From the IMG/VR virus record IMGVR_UViG_3300032047_000009, positions 1 through 61,578 of that record: a stretch of DNA of 61,578 nt. One strand, written 5' to 3'. The translations under genes were made by a program, and so were the position numbers. Under the pieces are notes generated by a model, which saw only the letters and a list, made by a program, of their open reading frames with translations, ran no database searches and was not told the origin of the DNA. Source of the DNA: a virus (Duplodnaviria > Caudoviricetes). Positions 10,564 through 20,494 of the stretch are shown here, in pieces; position 1 is the first letter of the stretch, and each line of letters begins with the position of its first letter.

Positions 10564-12768
10564 TTATATTATTTTTGAAGAAAATCCTCTGTTATCGTAT
10601 TTTTTAAATCCAAAATCTAGTTTTTTAACTACTTTATCCGCTCTAGGAGTATATAAATGCCTATTACAAGCCATTATAGCTAATCCAGAACTTATAGTAG
10701 CATCAAATTTTGTTCTATTTGTTATATCAAACTTTGACCAATCATTTAATGTTCTATTAAAATACATAGAACCGTAAGATCCATCAGGTTTTATTCCTAC
10801 ATGTTGCTGTATATATGTTTCTATTGCAGCAGCATGAGCTTGTTTAATATCTTCACCTGTATTAGGTATACCACCAACTTCTTTTTCTGTTGTTGATAAT
10901 CTACTATATGTTTTATCAGGTCTATTCATAGAATACCCTCTATAACCTCTTCTTTTTAAGTAATAAAGTAAACGAGGTTTGTTGTTTTCAGCTAATAGTG
11001 GCATCCCATAAAAAACTAAAGACATAAGTACATCTTCAAAGAATATTTCTGCAGTTTGTGGTCTTGCAACATATTCTAAAAAAAATGTATTTATTGGCGC
11101 ATCTTCCATGCTAAATTTAGTTAAACCATGTAAAGAACCTTTAGATCCTCTTCTGTCAACAGTACCTGATATATCATAAGAGTCACAACCAAAAGCACCA
11201 ATATGTTCATTACCTGGTTTTTTAAAACCATTTTTCATTACAACATTGTTTTGTAAATTCATTTGTGGAATCCATGAAATATAAAATCTACCTTTCATAT
11301 CGGGATAAAAATTAACCTCAGTATCCTTAACTCCATTTTTCCATTGAAAATTACCTCTAGTAACAATACCACTACTTTTTAAATCTTCGTTGTAATCTAT
11401 TTGCTCATATAATTTAACTAAGTTAAATATACTATTTTTTGTTTCATCTCTAAAAGCATGTTCCTCTGTTCTTGGAAACTGTCTATAAAACTCATTTAAA
11501 GCATCATGATTGCTTTTTAAACCATCTGCTTCATTTTCCCAATGTTCAATGACCCCGATGTCGATAGTTTCACCATGAGGTCCAATAGCTGCTTCTTTTG
11601 GTGTGTCGAATACAGGTAATCCATAAGTATCAATGAATCCTTCGTAATTCCATTCCATAGGTATAAACAAACTATATAATCCAGAGCGAGTCTGTCCATT
11701 TTTATTTCTTTTTGTGACGTCTGAATCATAATATAATTGTTTAAAATTATTTCCACCTTTATCAAGAGAGTTACTTGTTGAACCCATCATACATTTACCT
11801 ATAATTCTACTACCTAACCTCAAGGTTGTTTTTGTAACCCTCCAGTTATTCAATATGTTTTCTGGTCTTTCCCATTTTCCAGCTTCATCATGTACAAGAA
11901 GTGCAAGCTTTTCACCATCATAACTGTTATCACCCGTATTTTTCCAATCAATGGTTGTATCTAATCCCTCCATTTCTTGAGGTTTATCTTTAGATTCTAG
12001 TCTTTTACGTGTAAATTTTGATGCAGGTACTCTATATGCAAGCTCAGTTTTAGGTCGATCCATACCATCTTGTATAGGTCTAAAAAAAAATGGATAATTA
12101 ATCGATATTGGTACTACTTTATCTGTAAACATTTTTTTAGCATCAGCTCCAGATTTAGACAATATACCATAGCGTGCGTCAGAAGATATAGTTGCTAAGT
12201 TGACAGTTTCTCCTGATGCCATAAATGAAAAACCTGAACGTCTATTTTTAAGATAGCACATTCCATAACATCGTTTATCTGCTTTACATGCTTCCCAGAA
12301 AATAAAGAATAATCTGTTTGCTTCTCTAAAATCAGGTCTTCCGACATCAATTTTTGTCCATTGCAAGTACATATAATGAGTCCCAGTAATATAAGTAGAA
12401 TTGCCCTTATTATTGAACCAATGACCTTCTTCACGTCTCGTAAACTCTCTGTCAATATATTTATGCCATTTTTCTTTAAATTCATTTGGTAGTTCTTTCC
12501 AGTCAAATATACTTTTAATTCTTTTTAGTTCCTTAGGATATTCGTGTTGTTGCCATTTATTGTTTTCATTAGAAACTTTTTGTGTTTTAGGCAATGCTAT
12601 TTTTAAGTTCTGTATGCTATACACATCTCCTATTTCACCTGTTTTACTTATAACTACTAAATCATATTCTTTGTTATAACCATACTCCCATTTTTTTGAT
12701 TTATTCAATCTATTAATAGTAGTTTTTTTAATAGGTTCTATTATTTTATATAAACTTTGTTCGTACAT
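10564..12768 (-). CDS. terL: Terminase large subunit
   Basis: Walker A-like LKNRRSGFS, Walker B LLVHDEAGKW, motif III MGST, nuclease FGCDSYD and KFDATISSG. Confidence 0.9.
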   Translation of the reverse strand: MYEQSLYKIIEPIKKTTINRLNKSKKWEYGYNKEYDLVVISKTGEIGDVYSIQNLKIALPKTQKVSNENNKWQQHEYPKELKRIKSIFDWKELPNEFKEKWHKYIDREFTRREEGHWFNNKGNSTYITGTHYMYLQWTKIDVGRPDFREANRLFFIFWEACKADKRCYGMCYLKNRRSGFSFMASGETVNLATISSDARYGILSKSGADAKKMFTDKVVPISINYPFFFRPIQDGMDRPKTELAYRVPASKFTRKRLESKDKPQEMEGLDTTIDWKNTGDNSYDGEKLALLVHDEAGKWERPENILNNWRVTKTTLRLGSRIIGKCMMGSTSNSLDKGGNNFKQLYYDSDVTKRNKNGQTRSGLYSLFIPMEWNYEGFIDTYGLPVFDTPKEAAIGPHGETIDIGVIEHWENEADGLKSNHDALNEFYRQFPRTEEHAFRDETKNSIFNLVKLYEQIDYNEDLKSSGIVTRGNFQWKNGVKDTEVNFYPDMKGRFYISWIPQMNLQNNVVMKNGFKKPGNEHIGAFGCDSYDISGTVDRRGSKGSLHGLTKFSMEDAPINTFFLEYVARPQTAEIFFEDVLMSLVFYGMPLLAENNKPRLLYYLKRRGYRGYSMNRPDKTYSRLSTTEKEVGGIPNTGEDIKQAHAAAIETYIQQHVGIKPDGSYGSMYFNRTLNDWSKFDITNRTKFDATISSGLAIMACNRHLYTPRADKVVKKLDFGFKKYDNRGFSSKII

Positions 12769-13040
12769 TATTTAGATCTTCTTTCAGCAAAACCTTTAAA
12801 ACTCTGTTCTTTTTTTTCTATAGGTTTATTTTCTAATAAACTTTCTTCTTCCTGTATCCTATTTAGTATTTCAAAAGCATCAAATATAGCTAGTTTTTTT
12901 GTAGCAGCAGCATTCTTTAATCTATCAGCAGATATATCATCATCTGAATCTACTATAGGTTCTTTAGCTACTTTTATTAATTCATCTACAGCTTTATGTC
13001 CAGCTTGGATTATATTCTTTTTCGTGTCCTTGACGTTCAT
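12768..13040 (-). CDS. Putative terminase small subunit
   Basis: 90 aa helical protein (ADRLKNAAATKKLAIFDAFEIL) translationally coupled upstream of terL. Confidence 0.45.
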   Translation of the reverse strand: MNVKDTKKNIIQAGHKAVDELIKVAKEPIVDSDDDISADRLKNAAATKKLAIFDAFEILNRIQEEESLLENKPIEKKEQSFKGFAERRSK

Positions 13041-13581
13041 ATTTTATACAAATTGATTTAATTGGAACTCTATATAGTCTTTCGTTATCTATAATAAATT
13101 CATATTCACTATTTGGAGTAAATCCAATTAGTGTATTTTTTTTAATAATTTTATTGTTTTCTATATACTTAACGATACCTATTAATTCACTTTCCTTTTC
13201 TGTAGAAAAAAACTTATTTTTTTCAATAGGTTTTACAAAACAAAAATCATCAATTGATTTCCATGTTTTATTTTGTTTATACATGAAAATTTGATCTAAA
13301 TAAATAAAATACTTATTTTCTTTAAAGTAAGATGAACTATCTACTTCTTCACCTCTTATATTATTATATCTTCTAAATATATTATGATGAACTATTACTT
13401 CATCTCCTATTTTTATATTTGTTTTTATGTTTTTAGGTACAGATAATATAATTGCATTTCTATTAACATATCTATGATCTTGTATCTCGGTATTTAATAT
13501 TAAGTTTTTTTCACCTACTTTTTTAATATTATTATATCTTGATTTAATAGGTTCAACAATAAAAGCATATAAACTTTGCAT
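12994..13581 (-). CDS. GroES-like protein, probably two tandem GroES-type folds
   Basis: FIVEPI..ILSVP..IKIGDEVIVHH, then FCFVKPI..IGIVKY..LIGF..EYEFIIDNERLYRV. Confidence 0.5.
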   Translation of the reverse strand: MQSLYAFIVEPIKSRYNNIKKVGEKNLILNTEIQDHRYVNRNAIILSVPKNIKTNIKIGDEVIVHHNIFRRYNNIRGEEVDSSSYFKENKYFIYLDQIFMYKQNKTWKSIDDFCFVKPIEKNKFFSTEKESELIGIVKYIENNKIIKKNTLIGFTPNSEYEFIIDNERLYRVPIKSICIKYERQGHEKEYNPSWT

Positions 13582-13799
13582 TAATATTGTAAATTATATT
13601 CTACACTAACAGCCATATTTTTATTAAAATCTTTCCAAGGTAGTATTTCACCTTGTTTTTTTATAAATATACTAAATTTTTCTTCTTTTTCAATAATATC
13701 ACATATAATATGGCCACCATATACTTCTTGGCCAACTGCATAGTGCATTGCAGAGTCTTTATAGTCTCTGCCTACACTTATTTTTCTAATTAAATTCAT
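13581..13799 (-). CDS. Hypothetical protein
   Basis: 72 aa, coupled to its neighbours. Confidence 0.6.
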   Translation of the reverse strand: MNLIRKISVGRDYKDSAMHYAVGQEVYGGHIICDIIEKEEKFSIFIKKQGEILPWKDFNKNMAVSVEYNLQY

Positions 13800-13802
13800 A
13801 TT

Positions 13803-14264
13803 TTATTTTTTAAATATACTTGCTGCTTTTTCTCCACTTCGTCCTCCAAAATAAGCTAATACAACTGACATCATAACTTTTTCAAAAGTATCGTTCCATG
13901 TTTCACCTATATGGAATGGTATTGATTCTACACTATCTAATATACCCGCTAATGAAAATATAACAATACACCACACTAAAACTAGCGGACGTACGTTTTT
14001 TGAAAGCCATGAATCTGACATAGAATCTGCTTGCCATCTTGAAGTGATGCTTTCCATTTCTTTATTTTGTTGTTCAAATATAAGCTGTTGTAATTTTATT
14101 TTATCGTCATTACTTACGTCAGATTTACCTATTGCTGCTATAGCTTCTGCTGGTGTTGAAGCTCCACTAATTAAATTACCTAAAGTAGGGTTTACTAACG
14201 ATGCAGCACCAAATAAAAGTTTACCTACAGTAGTTTGTGCAAATTTCTTTTTTTTATCACTCAT
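13803..14264 (-). CDS. Putative 3TM-type holin
   Basis: RWQADSMSDSWLSKNVRPLVL, TM helices, C-terminal AYFGGRSGEK. Confidence 0.6.
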   Translation of the reverse strand: MSDKKKKFAQTTVGKLLFGAASLVNPTLGNLISGASTPAEAIAAIGKSDVSNDDKIKLQQLIFEQQNKEMESITSRWQADSMSDSWLSKNVRPLVLVWCIVIFSLAGILDSVESIPFHIGETWNDTFEKVMMSVVLAYFGGRSGEKAASIFKK

Positions 14265-14270
14265 TTTATT

Positions 14271-14423
14271 TTATTTATATGGAAACATTTCATTTAAACG
14301 TTTTTTTCTACCTTCACAACCACATGGAATATTCAAACCTTTAGAAACTTTATCTACAATAGTTTTAATGCCACTGGCTTTTGTTATTTTTTCTACAGTA
14401 TCTCCTAAACCTTTTGATTTCAT
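14271..14423 (-). CDS. Small Cys-containing phage protein (50 aa)
   Basis: MKSKGLGDTVEKITKASGIKTIVDKVSKGLNIPCGCEGRKKRLNEMFPYK; fills the gap; below the ORF-track cutoff. Confidence 0.7.
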   Translation of the reverse strand: MKSKGLGDTVEKITKASGIKTIVDKVSKGLNIPCGCEGRKKRLNEMFPYK

Positions 14424-14426
14424 ATT

Positions 14427-15818
14427 TTAATCTAATATTGATTGTAAAAATTTTATTCTATTTCTTTTAGCTAATCCTGGATCTTCTTTTTTATTTTCTT
14501 CTTGGAAGTCTATTCCTCTAAAAAGCATTCCTCCTTTAAATTTACCTTCTTTTTTTGATTCTAACAAATTTTGCTCAAACCATGCACCAAACTCCATGTT
14601 TTGGTTTTTATAAGGATTAGGACCCCTTGTTGAAAATTTGGTTTTATAAGCTAAACCTAAAACAGCATCTAAACCAGAAAGGTGAGTTGGGTTTGTAGGT
14701 GATTCTTGACCAAAAGCAAAACCACGTGTTCCTGGGGCTATTGTTGGCACTTTACCTACAGGATACTCTGTTGCGTGTAAACCTTCATGTAACAATATGT
14801 TTTCAACATTGTCAATACTTTCTGAAGGGAGGAAAAATGCTGAACCCGTACCTCGATTTTGAGCCATTCTATGACTTAAATGAATTGTTTTTGAACCAAC
14901 ATCATATGAACCTATAGTGCCAAGGCCTGTGAATTTTCCTTTTTCATCATGAAAAACAGGTCTCGATAAACCAAAGTTTAATTGTTCCTCTAAATTATAT
15001 CTATTAAAATCTCTAGCATGATATGAATACTTATCTGTGTTATATTTTCCTCTAGATTTATCTAATTCATTTACTTTTATAAAATCTTTATCCTTTGTGT
15101 CTAAAACGGTTCTATAAATATTTTCTGGATAATATTTATCATAATATTTATCATACGCGTAGTATCCTTGTCTAGGATTATGTTGAATTTGATACGTATT
15201 TTCATTTTCTTCACTTCGATAAGAATAATATTTTTGATTAATATTAGAAACTGAATCTTTAGGTTTTATTTTGTTTCTAATGTTAATGAAATTATCTATT
15301 TTATCAAGTATACGATTATTGTATGATTCTTCTGATAATACACTATATGTATCAAAATTTACATTTTCATTTATTAATTTAACAAGCTTTTTATTTCTTT
15401 CTTCTGAAAATCTTTTAATTAATGCATTGTTTTTTATTTCACCTAAATTAAAGTTTAGTATTGTACGATTCTTGTGATAATTAGGATCATATCTTTCTAT
15501 GCTCTCACTTTTTTCTATACCTTCTTTATTAAAAAAATCTCTATATCTTAATGCTAATTTTAATCTATTAGATTCTTTTATTTTTAAATTTGATTTTGAA
15601 TTTTTTTCAAAAAATTGTTTATAATTTTGATATTCTTCTTGCGTGGGCGCTTTGTCAAAATCTATATTATCAGAAAAATATGTTCTTTTATCCTCGTATT
15701 TAGGTAGTTTGTTTTTATCAATTCTTTTAGTTACCAATGAATTAACAGATCTTTTTAATCTTGGTTTGGCTTTAAATTTTTTTAATAATTTAAGTATATT
15801 AGGATCTAGTTCTTCCAT
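14427..15818 (-). CDS. Hypothetical protein with a C-terminal zincin-like HExxH motif
   Basis: GSYDVGSKTIHL...ENILLHEGLHATE. Confidence 0.5.
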   Translation of the reverse strand: MEELDPNILKLLKKFKAKPRLKRSVNSLVTKRIDKNKLPKYEDKRTYFSDNIDFDKAPTQEEYQNYKQFFEKNSKSNLKIKESNRLKLALRYRDFFNKEGIEKSESIERYDPNYHKNRTILNFNLGEIKNNALIKRFSEERNKKLVKLINENVNFDTYSVLSEESYNNRILDKIDNFINIRNKIKPKDSVSNINQKYYSYRSEENENTYQIQHNPRQGYYAYDKYYDKYYPENIYRTVLDTKDKDFIKVNELDKSRGKYNTDKYSYHARDFNRYNLEEQLNFGLSRPVFHDEKGKFTGLGTIGSYDVGSKTIHLSHRMAQNRGTGSAFFLPSESIDNVENILLHEGLHATEYPVGKVPTIAPGTRGFAFGQESPTNPTHLSGLDAVLGLAYKTKFSTRGPNPYKNQNMEFGAWFEQNLLESKKEGKFKGGMLFRGIDFQEENKKEDPGLAKRNRIKFLQSILD

Positions 15819-16682
15819 TTATTTTTTTGATAATTTATACTTACCTTTTTCTTCTTTTATATATCTTCTATCATATATTTCAAATTCATCTACTATACTT
15901 TCTAATGGTCCTTTAAAATCATACTTATCATATATAGATATATATTTTTCTTTTTTATCTTTATCATATCCAACACTAACTTGAAAATTTTGTAGTGGAT
16001 CTATTCCTTCAAATTTATCAGATTCCATAAAACCTTCACGTATATAAGGAGTAAGTCCTTCCACATTTACAGTATCACCTACTTTTTTATTTTCTATTTT
16101 TTTTAACAATTTTTCATAATCAATAACATCATCACTTAAAGCATAATATTTAGCATTAGGGTTTTTTGATTTAGTAGGTTTGTATTTATTTTGCTTAATA
16201 ATATATTTATTTTTAGTTTCTAAACCTAAAGACATAGCCCAAGCTTCATCACCTATTGTGTAGTCACCATCTTTATCTAAAGAAGGAGGAGTTGTGTTAT
16301 TTATTCCTAATTTTTTACCCATTAAACTAATCATTGTAGTTGTCATAGTAGTGATGTTTGGATAACTCAAGGGTCTTACGTTATCAAATATAAACTGTTT
16401 ATTCTCTTTTGATATATCAGAAAAATCTGTGTATTGAGACATTTTATCCATTATAAAATCGCTAACATTGTCCACTGCTTTAGCACCACGCTTTAATGCT
16501 GGAAAAACAATATCATCATCTAAAACATTACCGCCTCTTCCTGAATTAGAAAATTGTAAATCTTGAGTTTCTTTTATTTGATTTTTAATTAAACTATTAC
16601 CAAAACCTATATTATTATTTATAGATTTATTTTTTTTAAAGTTTTTTATAAAATCAAATATTTCAGGATCAAAGTTTTCCAC
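15819..16682 (-). CDS. Hypothetical protein (GTG start)
   Basis: 287 aa; C-terminal YISIYDKYDF..FEIYDRRY; N-terminus resembles that of 14427..15818. Confidence 0.55.
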   Translation of the reverse strand: MENFDPEIFDFIKNFKKNKSINNNIGFGNSLIKNQIKETQDLQFSNSGRGGNVLDDDIVFPALKRGAKAVDNVSDFIMDKMSQYTDFSDISKENKQFIFDNVRPLSYPNITTMTTTMISLMGKKLGINNTTPPSLDKDGDYTIGDEAWAMSLGLETKNKYIIKQNKYKPTKSKNPNAKYYALSDDVIDYEKLLKKIENKKVGDTVNVEGLTPYIREGFMESDKFEGIDPLQNFQVSVGYDKDKKEKYISIYDKYDFKGPLESIVDEFEIYDRRYIKEEKGKYKLSKK

Positions 16683-16795
16683 TATTTTTTCTTATTAGGA
16701 ACGCAATTAGGAACATTTCTACCACCTTTTTTTTTCATACCTACCATTTGGTAACCTTTCCAACATGGATTCTTTTTTGATTTCTTTTTTGCCAT
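16682..16795 (-). CDS. Small basic protein (37 aa)
   Basis: MAKKKSKKNPCWKGYQMVGMKKKGGRNVPNCVPNKKK; ATG at 16795 preferred over the ORF-track start. Confidence 0.65.
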   Translation of the reverse strand: MAKKKSKKNPCWKGYQMVGMKKKGGRNVPNCVPNKKK

Positions 16796-16805
16796 AATTA
16801 TAATT

Positions 16806-17063
16806 TTAACATTTCCAACGTCTTCTAGCTGCTTTGCCTCTTTCACCTGTCCAACCTTTTGATCTAGCACAAAAAGATTTTCTACGTTTAGCTGCTTTGC
16901 TGCCTTTTTTTACTTTGCCTGTTACAGCGGTTTTTAATTTACTACCAGGGTTGTTTTTTCTATACTTTTTTACACCAGCTTTAGTCATACCGGCGCCTTC
17001 TTTAACAGTACGAAAGTTTCTACTTTTACCTTTAGTAGTTTTTCTTACTCTTTTTGCAGGCAT
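16806..17063 (-). CDS. Small Lys/Arg-rich protein
   Basis: GMTKAGVKKYRKNNPGSKLKTAVTG..RRKSFCARS..ARRRWKC. Confidence 0.7.
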   Translation of the reverse strand: MPAKRVRKTTKGKSRNFRTVKEGAGMTKAGVKKYRKNNPGSKLKTAVTGKVKKGSKAAKRRKSFCARSKGWTGERGKAARRRWKC

Positions 17064-17137
17064 TATTTCTTAGATTTTTTCTTAGATTTTTTCTTTGAGA
17101 TTTTTTTAACTAATTTTGATTTTTTTCCGTAAGGCAT
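17063..17137 (-). CDS. Protamine-like 24 aa peptide
   Basis: MPYGKKSKLVKKISKKKSKKKSKK; its stop overlaps the next start (TAATG). Confidence 0.55.
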   Translation of the reverse strand: MPYGKKSKLVKKISKKKSKKKSKK

Positions 17138-17154
17138 AATTTTAATTTTAAGGT

Positions 17155-17595
17155 TTAACGTTCTTTATCTTTTATCATATCATCAAAAGCTTTATTAAAA
17201 ACTTTATCAGTATATGATTTATTTTTATAAAAAATATTTTTTCTAGTAACAGGTACATCTTCATCACCTAATAGTATTCTGTAAACTCTACTAATTAATT
17301 GTTTTGTTTTAAAAGAAACACAGTATATGCTATATTTTATAGTTGTTCTATTTCTATTTCTCCAAACATCTATCCAACCCTCGTTTCTTAATCTTTCCCA
17401 ACGATGTTTATCCCAACTATATGTGTAAACACCATCTTTAAAATCTTTTATAGAAAATCTATTCAAACAGTCTAAATATATAAGAAGTTCTAAGTCCGCT
17501 TCTTTTATTTTATATGTTTTACAAGCCCACTTTCTAACTATTCTATAGTATTTTAATATTTGTAATTCTTTTAAATCACTTGAAGAAAGTTTCAT
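17155..17595 (-). CDS. Hypothetical protein, possibly winged-helix
   Basis: 146 aa, directly downstream of groES. Confidence 0.55.
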   Translation of the reverse strand: MKLSSSDLKELQILKYYRIVRKWACKTYKIKEADLELLIYLDCLNRFSIKDFKDGVYTYSWDKHRWERLRNEGWIDVWRNRNRTTIKYSIYCVSFKTKQLISRVYRILLGDEDVPVTRKNIFYKNKSYTDKVFNKAFDDMIKDKER

Positions 17596-17849
17596 ATAAC
17601 AATAACAACATCTTGTTGTCTAATAACATAATATGTTTTATCGTTATATTCGACCATATGGCCAGCATGTTTATCATAATAAATTTTATCATTTGGTTTT
17701 AAACCATCTGTTTGGTTACCAACACTTATTACGTGACCTTTTAAATAACGTATATCTTTTTTATCATTATTAGTTAATATAAGTCCATTAACTTTTTTTG
17801 ATTCTTCTTTTATTTTTTCTATTATGATGTAATTATTTATCGCCTGCAT
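17592..17849 (-). CDS. groES: Co-chaperonin GroES
   Basis: MQAINNYIIIE..NGLIL..GHVISVG..LKPNDKIYY..YYVIRQQDVV; overlaps the groEL stop. Confidence 0.85.
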   Translation of the reverse strand: MQAINNYIIIEKIKEESKKVNGLILTNNDKKDIRYLKGHVISVGNQTDGLKPNDKIYYDKHAGHMVEYNDKTYYVIRQQDVVIVI

Positions 17850-19392
17850 TCATTCTCATATTAGAAATTACACAATCTGCAGATATTATAGTACTAACAA
17901 CACTAACTGCATTTTTTAAAGCTGTTTTTGTAACTAATACAGGATCTATTATTCCAGCCTTTAACATATTAGTTTCTTTACCATTTACAACATTTATTCC
18001 AAATCCTTTTTTATTACTTTCTAAGTATGGTAAACCAGCATTTTCTATTATAACAGAATAAGGATATTTTATTGAGTTTAATAATATTTCTTCTCCTACA
18101 TTTTCAGCTTTAATTTTTTGTGATGCATTTAAAAGTGCAACTCCACCTCCTGGAACAATACCTTCTTGTAGCGCTGCTTTAGTTGCATATATCGCGTCTT
18201 CAACTCTGTCTTTTTTTTCTTTTAACTCTACTTTTGAATTAGCACCAACTTTTATAATAGCAACAGAACCTGTCAACATTGCTATTCTTTGTTCTAATTT
18301 ATTTTTTATAAAAGCATTAGTCTCTGTTTCTATTTTGCTATACACACTTTTTATTCTTTCTTTAGCTTCTTCATTAACTTCATCTATAGTAAGAACAGTG
18401 TTTTTATCATCTGTAATGGACTTTAAGCATTCACCTAACACATCAGGTTGGATTAAGTCTAAATCATCTCCTAGTTGCTCATCTATTATTTTAGCCCCAG
18501 TTAAACAGGCTAAATCTTCTATCGTATCTCTTTTAGTAGAAGCAAAACCAGGAAGATCAACAACGTTAACCCTAATATTACCTTTAACTTTATTAGTTAA
18601 TAATGCAGACATAGGCTGTTGATCTACAGAAGCCACAATTAATAAACTTCTTTTTGTTTTAATTATATGTTCTAATACAGCTTGTATTTTTCTAATATTA
18701 GTAATTGGAGAAGCTACTATTAATATATAAGGATTATCTAAAATAGATTTATCTTTATTTTCGTTTGTAGTTAAATGATTTGATTTCAAACCAGAGTCAA
18801 ACTGTACACCTTCTACGTTTTCGTAATAAGTTTTTTCAGTTTCTGACTCTTCCATTAATACAACTCCATTTTTACCCACCTTATTGTAGGCATCAGCAAT
18901 TATAGAACCTAAAATACTATCATTGTTAGCCGATATAGTGCTAACATCTTTAAGTTTATCATGTTTAACATCAATAGATATTTTATCTAAGTAATTATTT
19001 ATTTTAAATAAACCGGTTTGTAAACCTAGTTTTATATCTCTTATGTTATATTTTTCTTTTTTACAATTTTTTAAAAGTGAGTAAGCAAGGACGGTTGCCG
19101 TAGTGGTACCGTCTCCTGCTTCTTTCACTGTGTTTTTAGCAGCTTCTTTTAAAAGTGTTGCTCCTATATTTTCTAAAGGATCAAATAATATTACTGATTC
19201 AGCTACGGTTACACCATCTTTAGTTATAACCGGTTTACCTAATGAATCTTCATATATTACACATTTTCCTGAAGCTCCTAGTGTAGACTTAACAGCTTGT
19301 GTTAATTTTCCTACACCTATCATTATTTTATTGTTAGCATCTGCCCCGAAGGACAAATCTTTAACTATCTCACTTGGGTTATTATATTCCAT
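17833..19392 (-). CDS. groEL: Chaperonin GroEL (phage-encoded)
   Basis: VITKDGVTVA, AGDGTTTATVLA, ELKEKKDRVEDA, GIVPGGG, GIIDP; no GGM tail. Confidence 0.95.
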   Translation of the reverse strand: MEYNNPSEIVKDLSFGADANNKIMIGVGKLTQAVKSTLGASGKCVIYEDSLGKPVITKDGVTVAESVILFDPLENIGATLLKEAAKNTVKEAGDGTTTATVLAYSLLKNCKKEKYNIRDIKLGLQTGLFKINNYLDKISIDVKHDKLKDVSTISANNDSILGSIIADAYNKVGKNGVVLMEESETEKTYYENVEGVQFDSGLKSNHLTTNENKDKSILDNPYILIVASPITNIRKIQAVLEHIIKTKRSLLIVASVDQQPMSALLTNKVKGNIRVNVVDLPGFASTKRDTIEDLACLTGAKIIDEQLGDDLDLIQPDVLGECLKSITDDKNTVLTIDEVNEEAKERIKSVYSKIETETNAFIKNKLEQRIAMLTGSVAIIKVGANSKVELKEKKDRVEDAIYATKAALQEGIVPGGGVALLNASQKIKAENVGEEILLNSIKYPYSVIIENAGLPYLESNKKGFGINVVNGKETNMLKAGIIDPVLVTKTALKNAVSVVSTIISADCVISNMRMNAGDK

Positions 19393-19419
19393 TTAATTTA
19401 ATTTTATTGGTAAGTGGTT

Positions 19420-19716
19420 TTATTTAAAGCTCTTTACTACTTTAGGTCCTTTTAAAAACTCTAATTTTTTTTGATAATGTTCAATACTTCCATCAATAGC
19501 AGCCTCGCAGCTGTCTACAGTTTCACGTCTTGTAACATCTATCCATTTGGATTCATCATTCAGGTCTTTATGTTCTGCTTGAAAAAACCCGTTAGGTAGT
19601 TGAACTATACGCCAGTTTTTTTTCTCAACGATGTGTTCCCAAAGCTTTCTGGTTCCTTCGGGTATTCCTTGGGTACTATTGTTCCCCCAGGAATAGGTTT
19701 TATAAAAATAGGTCAT
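19420..19716 (-). CDS. Hypothetical protein
   Basis: 98 aa; WRIVQLPNGFFQAE, WIDVTRRET. Confidence 0.6.
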   Translation of the reverse strand: MTYFYKTYSWGNNSTQGIPEGTRKLWEHIVEKKNWRIVQLPNGFFQAEHKDLNDESKWIDVTRRETVDSCEAAIDGSIEHYQKKLEFLKGPKVVKSFK

Positions 19717-19746
19717 GGTTAATGGTTAATATAGGTTTTATCTATA

Positions 19747-20031
19747 TTATGCTTTCTTTAATACTTCTGGTCCTACAATTTCTTCGCCACCTTCTTCCTC
19801 AATGGGTTCGAAATTACCAGTTTGAATATCAATTTTAATTTTTCCGTACTTTTCTTCTAGCTTAGCTTGAAACTTTTGCAAGTCGCTTTGAACTTCAGCA
19901 GCAGCGTGGTTGAGCTGGTGTTTTTGGAGTTCTAGGTTTCCAATTTGAGAAGCAGCATTATTTAGTTTTCCTACATAACCTTGCAATTCTTCTAATTGGT
20001 CTTGGCTGATTTTGTTTTCTTGGTTTTCCAT
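19747..20031 (-). CDS. Coiled-coil hypothetical protein (possible fibre chaperone)
   Basis: Heptad-rich; LEEKYGKIKIDIQTG. Confidence 0.55.
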   Translation of the reverse strand: MENQENKISQDQLEELQGYVGKLNNAASQIGNLELQKHQLNHAAAEVQSDLQKFQAKLEEKYGKIKIDIQTGNFEPIEEEGGEEIVGPEVLKKA

Positions 20032-20071
20032 AATTTTAATGTAATTTTAATTTAACTTAATTTAATTTAAT

Positions 20072-20413
20072 TTACGCCCAAGGTAATTCCTCGATTTCGA
20101 CGTTTTTTGGTGTTTTTTGTTCGTTAATGTTTTTAATAATAACTTCCTGCATATGTTCTACAGGGTGGTTTGCTTTTGCCCATTCTATCACGTCAGCTTC
20201 AGTAACCTCGGCTAATGCAGTAAAACTTTCAGAGTCAGGCGCACTTATTGGGCAGGCGCCTGAAAATTCAGCAGTGTAAAAATTATCATCAGAATCTTTT
20301 TCACTATCTGTTCCTACGTATTTAAAATTTACGTGTGTAATCACATCCGACAAACCGTCGAGACTGGGTGCCTTTTTCATAGCCGTGATGCCCCATGTGT
20401 AAGTAATTGCCAT
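20072..20413 (-). CDS. Tail-fibre-associated small protein
   Basis: MAITYTWGI..FTALAEVTEADVIEW..LPW; directly follows a fibre gene. Confidence 0.55.
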   Translation of the reverse strand: MAITYTWGITAMKKAPSLDGLSDVITHVNFKYVGTDSEKDSDDNFYTAEFSGACPISAPDSESFTALAEVTEADVIEWAKANHPVEHMQEVIIKNINEQKTPKNVEIEELPWA

Positions 20414-20454
20414 AATTTTTGTTTTTTTATTTATTAATTTTAACTATTTATTAT

Positions 20455-20480
20455 TATCACCTGTTTTTGCAAGTATCTAA
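20455..20480 (-). promoter_or_regulatory. Putative late promoter, copy 2
   Basis: Minus strand reads TTAGAT-N6-AAAAACAGGTGATA, matching the copy upstream of 36087. Confidence 0.4.
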
Positions 20481-20494
20481 TTTTAGTGAATATA

